Shown here: piece by piece, positions 61,351 to 64,000 of the stretch
Position numbering within the stretch: the first letter of the stretch is position 1
Layout of the letters: each line of letters opens with the position of its first letter
Assembly: GCA_963707025.1 (NCBI GenBank)
Contig: CAVPOM010000018.1
Coordinates: forward strand, 688,681 to 752,680
DNA from: an uncultured Verrucomicrobiae bacterium
GTDB taxonomy: Bacteria; Verrucomicrobiota; Verrucomicrobiia; Limisphaerales; Palsa-1400
Reading direction: 5' to 3'
DNA length: 64,000 nt
The notes under the pieces: model-generated
The model's input: only the letters and a program-made list of their open reading frames with translations
What the model was told of the DNA's origin: nothing
Databases searched by the model: none
Program-made: the position numbers and the translations under genes

Positions 61351-61718
61351 ATTACATCGTTCCGGCTTAGAGCGTTTTCAAGAAAATTGTAGCCGCAGCA
61401 CGCGGGAGGGTCCCGGTCCCGAATTATCGGGACCCGCCGCGGCGCGCACGGAGTGCGCGCCCTACCTTCCTCGTTTCGGCTACATCATTTCTTAAACCGC
61501 TGCAGGCGGGGGGCTTTCAAGCGGAAAGGGGTCCTGGCATCGCCACCTGGCTGGTGGACTCCATCGCTCCATTGCCCCTGCGCCAACTGCGGGCCATTGC
61601 GGATGGCGCCGGGCTTGTTTGGCGCGGCGCCTATTACGGCCATCCCGCCATGCCCAGCGCGCCCCATCGCGCCGATTTTGCCCTTTCCACCTTGACCGTT
61701 GGGCTTCTAAAATGGGGC

Positions 61719-62289
61719 ATGACGAAGGACGAAGCGTTGCAGGTTTTTCGCCAGACCGGCGCGTTGCTGGAAGGGCACTTCATTTTGCGCAGCGGTTTGC
61801 ACAGCCGCCAGTTCTTCCAATGCGCCCTGGCTTTGCAGGAGATGCCCACGGTGGAGAAACTGGGGGCCGCGCTGGCCGACAGGGTGCGGCCGCTCGGCGC
61901 CGCCACGGTCATTTCCCCGGCGATGGGCGGCCTGGTCATCGGGCAGGAGGTGGCGCGGCAACTGGGCGCGCGCTTTATTTTTGCGGAAAAAAATGACGAC
62001 GGCAAACTGGTTTTGCGGCGCGGATTCAAAATCGCCGCCGGTGAGAAAATGCTGGTCGTCGAGGACATCGTCACCAAGGGCGGGCGCGTGCAGGAGACGC
62101 TCAACATCGTCCGCGCCCACCACGGCGCGGCTCTGGGGGTGGCGATGATTGTGGACCGTTCCAACGGCGAGGTGAGTTTTGGCGTGCCAGGCTTTCAGCT
62201 TGATTTCCCTCAAAGTCGAAGCCTTCGCGCCGGACCAATTGCCGACGGACCTGGCCAACACTCCCGCCGTCAAGCCGGGGAGCAAATGA
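61719..62289 (+). CDS. pyrE: Orotate phosphoribosyltransferase (1-bp frameshift at ~62189)
   Basis: GHFILRSGLHS, VVEDIVTKGG; C-terminus AFSLI...VKPGSK-stop in the shifted frame ends 4 bp before ubiD. Confidence 0.9.
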
Positions 62290-62293
62290 TCGC

Positions 62294-63823
62294 ATGGCCT
62301 ACGATTCATTCAGAGATTTTTTGCAGGCGCTGGAAAAGGCGGGCGAACTCAAACGCATCAGCCAGCCCGTCGCCACGGAGCTGGAGATCACCGAATTGGC
62401 GGACCGGGAAATGAAATCGCCCGGCGGCGGCAAGGCGCTGCTGATTGAAAAACCGACCATCGAGGGCCAGCCTTCGCCCTTCCCGCTCGCCATCAACACG
62501 CTCGGCTCGCATCAGAGGATGGCCCTGAGCCTGGGCGCGGAGTCGGTGGAAGCCATGGCGGCGGAATTGGGTTCGCTGATGAGGGCTAGGCCGCCCGCCA
62601 GTTTCGGCGAGGTCATCAAACTGCTCGGCACCGCCCTGGAACTGCGCCATGCCAAACCAAAAACGGTGGGCGGCGGCCCCTGTCAGGAAGTGGTGAGGAG
62701 GTTTGATGGCGCGCAGAATACGGCGGCGGTCACAGACCGCCGCGACAATTTGCCGACCCTGCTCGACCTGCCGATTCTGAAATGCTGGCCGCTGGATGCG
62801 GGACGTTTCATCACCCTGCCCTGCGTGGTGACACGCGACCCGGACACTGGCGAACGCAACGTGGGCATGTACCGCATGCAAGTTTTTGACAGGCAGACCA
62901 CCGGCATGCACTGGCAGTTGCACAAGGTGGGGGCGCGCCACGGCCAGCGCTACCACGAAACAGGCAGGCGCATGCCCGTCAGCGTTTTTTTGGGCGGCGA
63001 TCCGGTCTTCACTTTTGCCGCCACCGCGCCGTTGCCGGACGGATTGGACGAATTCGTGCTGGCCGGCTGGCTGCGGAAAAAATCGGTCGAGCTGGTCAAA
63101 TGCCTGACCAACGATTTGGAAGTGCCCGCCGGCGCGGATGTGGTTCTGGAAGGTTACGTTGATCCCGCGGAGCCGTTGCGCGCGGAAGGCCCCTTCGGCG
63201 ATCACACCGGTTATTATTCGCTGGCCGATTTTTATCCGGCCTTTCACCTGACCGCCATCACCCATCGCGCGGAGGCGGTTTATCCGGCGACCATCGTGGG
63301 GATGCCGCCGATGGAGGACTTTTACATTGGCAGCGCCAGCGTCAAATTGTTCCTGCCCGTTTTCAAAATGACTTTTCCCGAACTGGTGGATTTGGCCCTG
63401 CCGGCGGAAGGGGTTTTTCACAACCTGGTCTTTGTCAGCATCAAAAAGACCTACCCCATGCAAGCTTACAAAATCATGCACGGCCTCTGGGGCATGGGCC
63501 AGATGATGTTCACCAAGTACATCGTGGTGGTGGACGAGGATGTCAATGTCCACAACACCAGCGAGGTCTTGTTCCGGCTTTGCGCCACGACTGATCCGCA
63601 GCGCGACAGCCTTCTCACCAAAGGCCCGGCCGACGCGCTGGATCACGCCACGGCCGAATTCGCCGTCGGCTCCAAAATGGGCCTGGACGCCACCCGCAAG
63701 CTGCCCGGCGAAGGCTTCAAGCGCGAGTGGCCCCCCCTGATCAGGATGAGCCAGGAAGTGCGGCGCAAGATGGACCAGCTTTTTCCCAGAGGAGGGCAGG
63801 ATGGCGGCGCGAAGGCCAAATGA
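62294..63823 (+). CDS. ubiD: UbiD-family (menaquinone-pathway-type) decarboxylase
   Basis: NVGMYRMQ, EGPFGDHTGYY, PPMED, DALDHA...KMGLDAT. Confidence 0.9.
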   Translation: MAYDSFRDFLQALEKAGELKRISQPVATELEITELADREMKSPGGGKALLIEKPTIEGQPSPFPLAINTLGSHQRMALSLGAESVEAMAAELGSLMRARPPASFGEVIKLLGTALELRHAKPKTVGGGPCQEVVRRFDGAQNTAAVTDRRDNLPTLLDLPILKCWPLDAGRFITLPCVVTRDPDTGERNVGMYRMQVFDRQTTGMHWQLHKVGARHGQRYHETGRRMPVSVFLGGDPVFTFAATAPLPDGLDEFVLAGWLRKKSVELVKCLTNDLEVPAGADVVLEGYVDPAEPLRAEGPFGDHTGYYSLADFYPAFHLTAITHRAEAVYPATIVGMPPMEDFYIGSASVKLFLPVFKMTFPELVDLALPAEGVFHNLVFVSIKKTYPMQAYKIMHGLWGMGQMMFTKYIVVVDEDVNVHNTSEVLFRLCATTDPQRDSLLTKGPADALDHATAEFAVGSKMGLDATRKLPGEGFKREWPPLIRMSQEVRRKMDQLFPRGGQDGGAKAK

Positions 63824-64000
63824 AATTTGAAAATGGAGGGAGGAGCCTGATCCCTGGCCGCTTCTTTGCGAGCACCCCGGCCGCGGCGCGGCAAAAGGAA
63901 GCAAACTCCACCCAGGGCACACGCCGGCGCGGGATGCGAAGTGGCAAGCCGGAAGTTTATGGATGCTCCGGCGACCCAAACCCGCCAACTGGCGGAGAGG

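Overview
GC-rich bacterial window, most likely Verrucomicrobiota. This is inferred from the DUF1549/DUF1553/DUF1501 cluster, H-X9-DG prepilin-like protein, Tat-type Gfo/Idh/MocA enzymes and repeat families. Housekeeping and metabolic genes (GH9 glycoside hydrolase, galM, cinA, aspS, aminotransferase, lnt, hypFCDE, pyrE, ubiD-family decarboxylase, S8 peptidase) alternate with three accessory/defence islands. (1) 4.6-10 kb: co-oriented toxin-antitoxin genes, an HNH nuclease and restriction-modification (RM) relics, with junctions made of repeated vapC 3' tails. (2) 26.9-36.8 kb: three nuclease genes, each broken by an IS, including an IS3-in-IS4 nest, plus an intact m6A methyltransferase. (3) 43.1-50.1 kb: a collapsed Type I RM shell (hsdM and hsdR remnants) enclosing a double-domain m6A methyltransferase, a PLD nuclease and a membrane protein + DGQHR pair. 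Mobile elements are 2 IS3 copies, 3 IS4 copies (all with target duplications) and a group II intron whose likely EBS1 matches the 10-bp tandem repeat it sits in. Intergenic REP-like palindromes are abundant, and copies appear inserted in frame inside hypF and ubiD. Many single-base frameshifts, including in pyrE and hypD, suggest sequencing or assembly indels. No rRNA, tRNA or CRISPR array was seen. Family assignments come from motif recognition only, not database searches.
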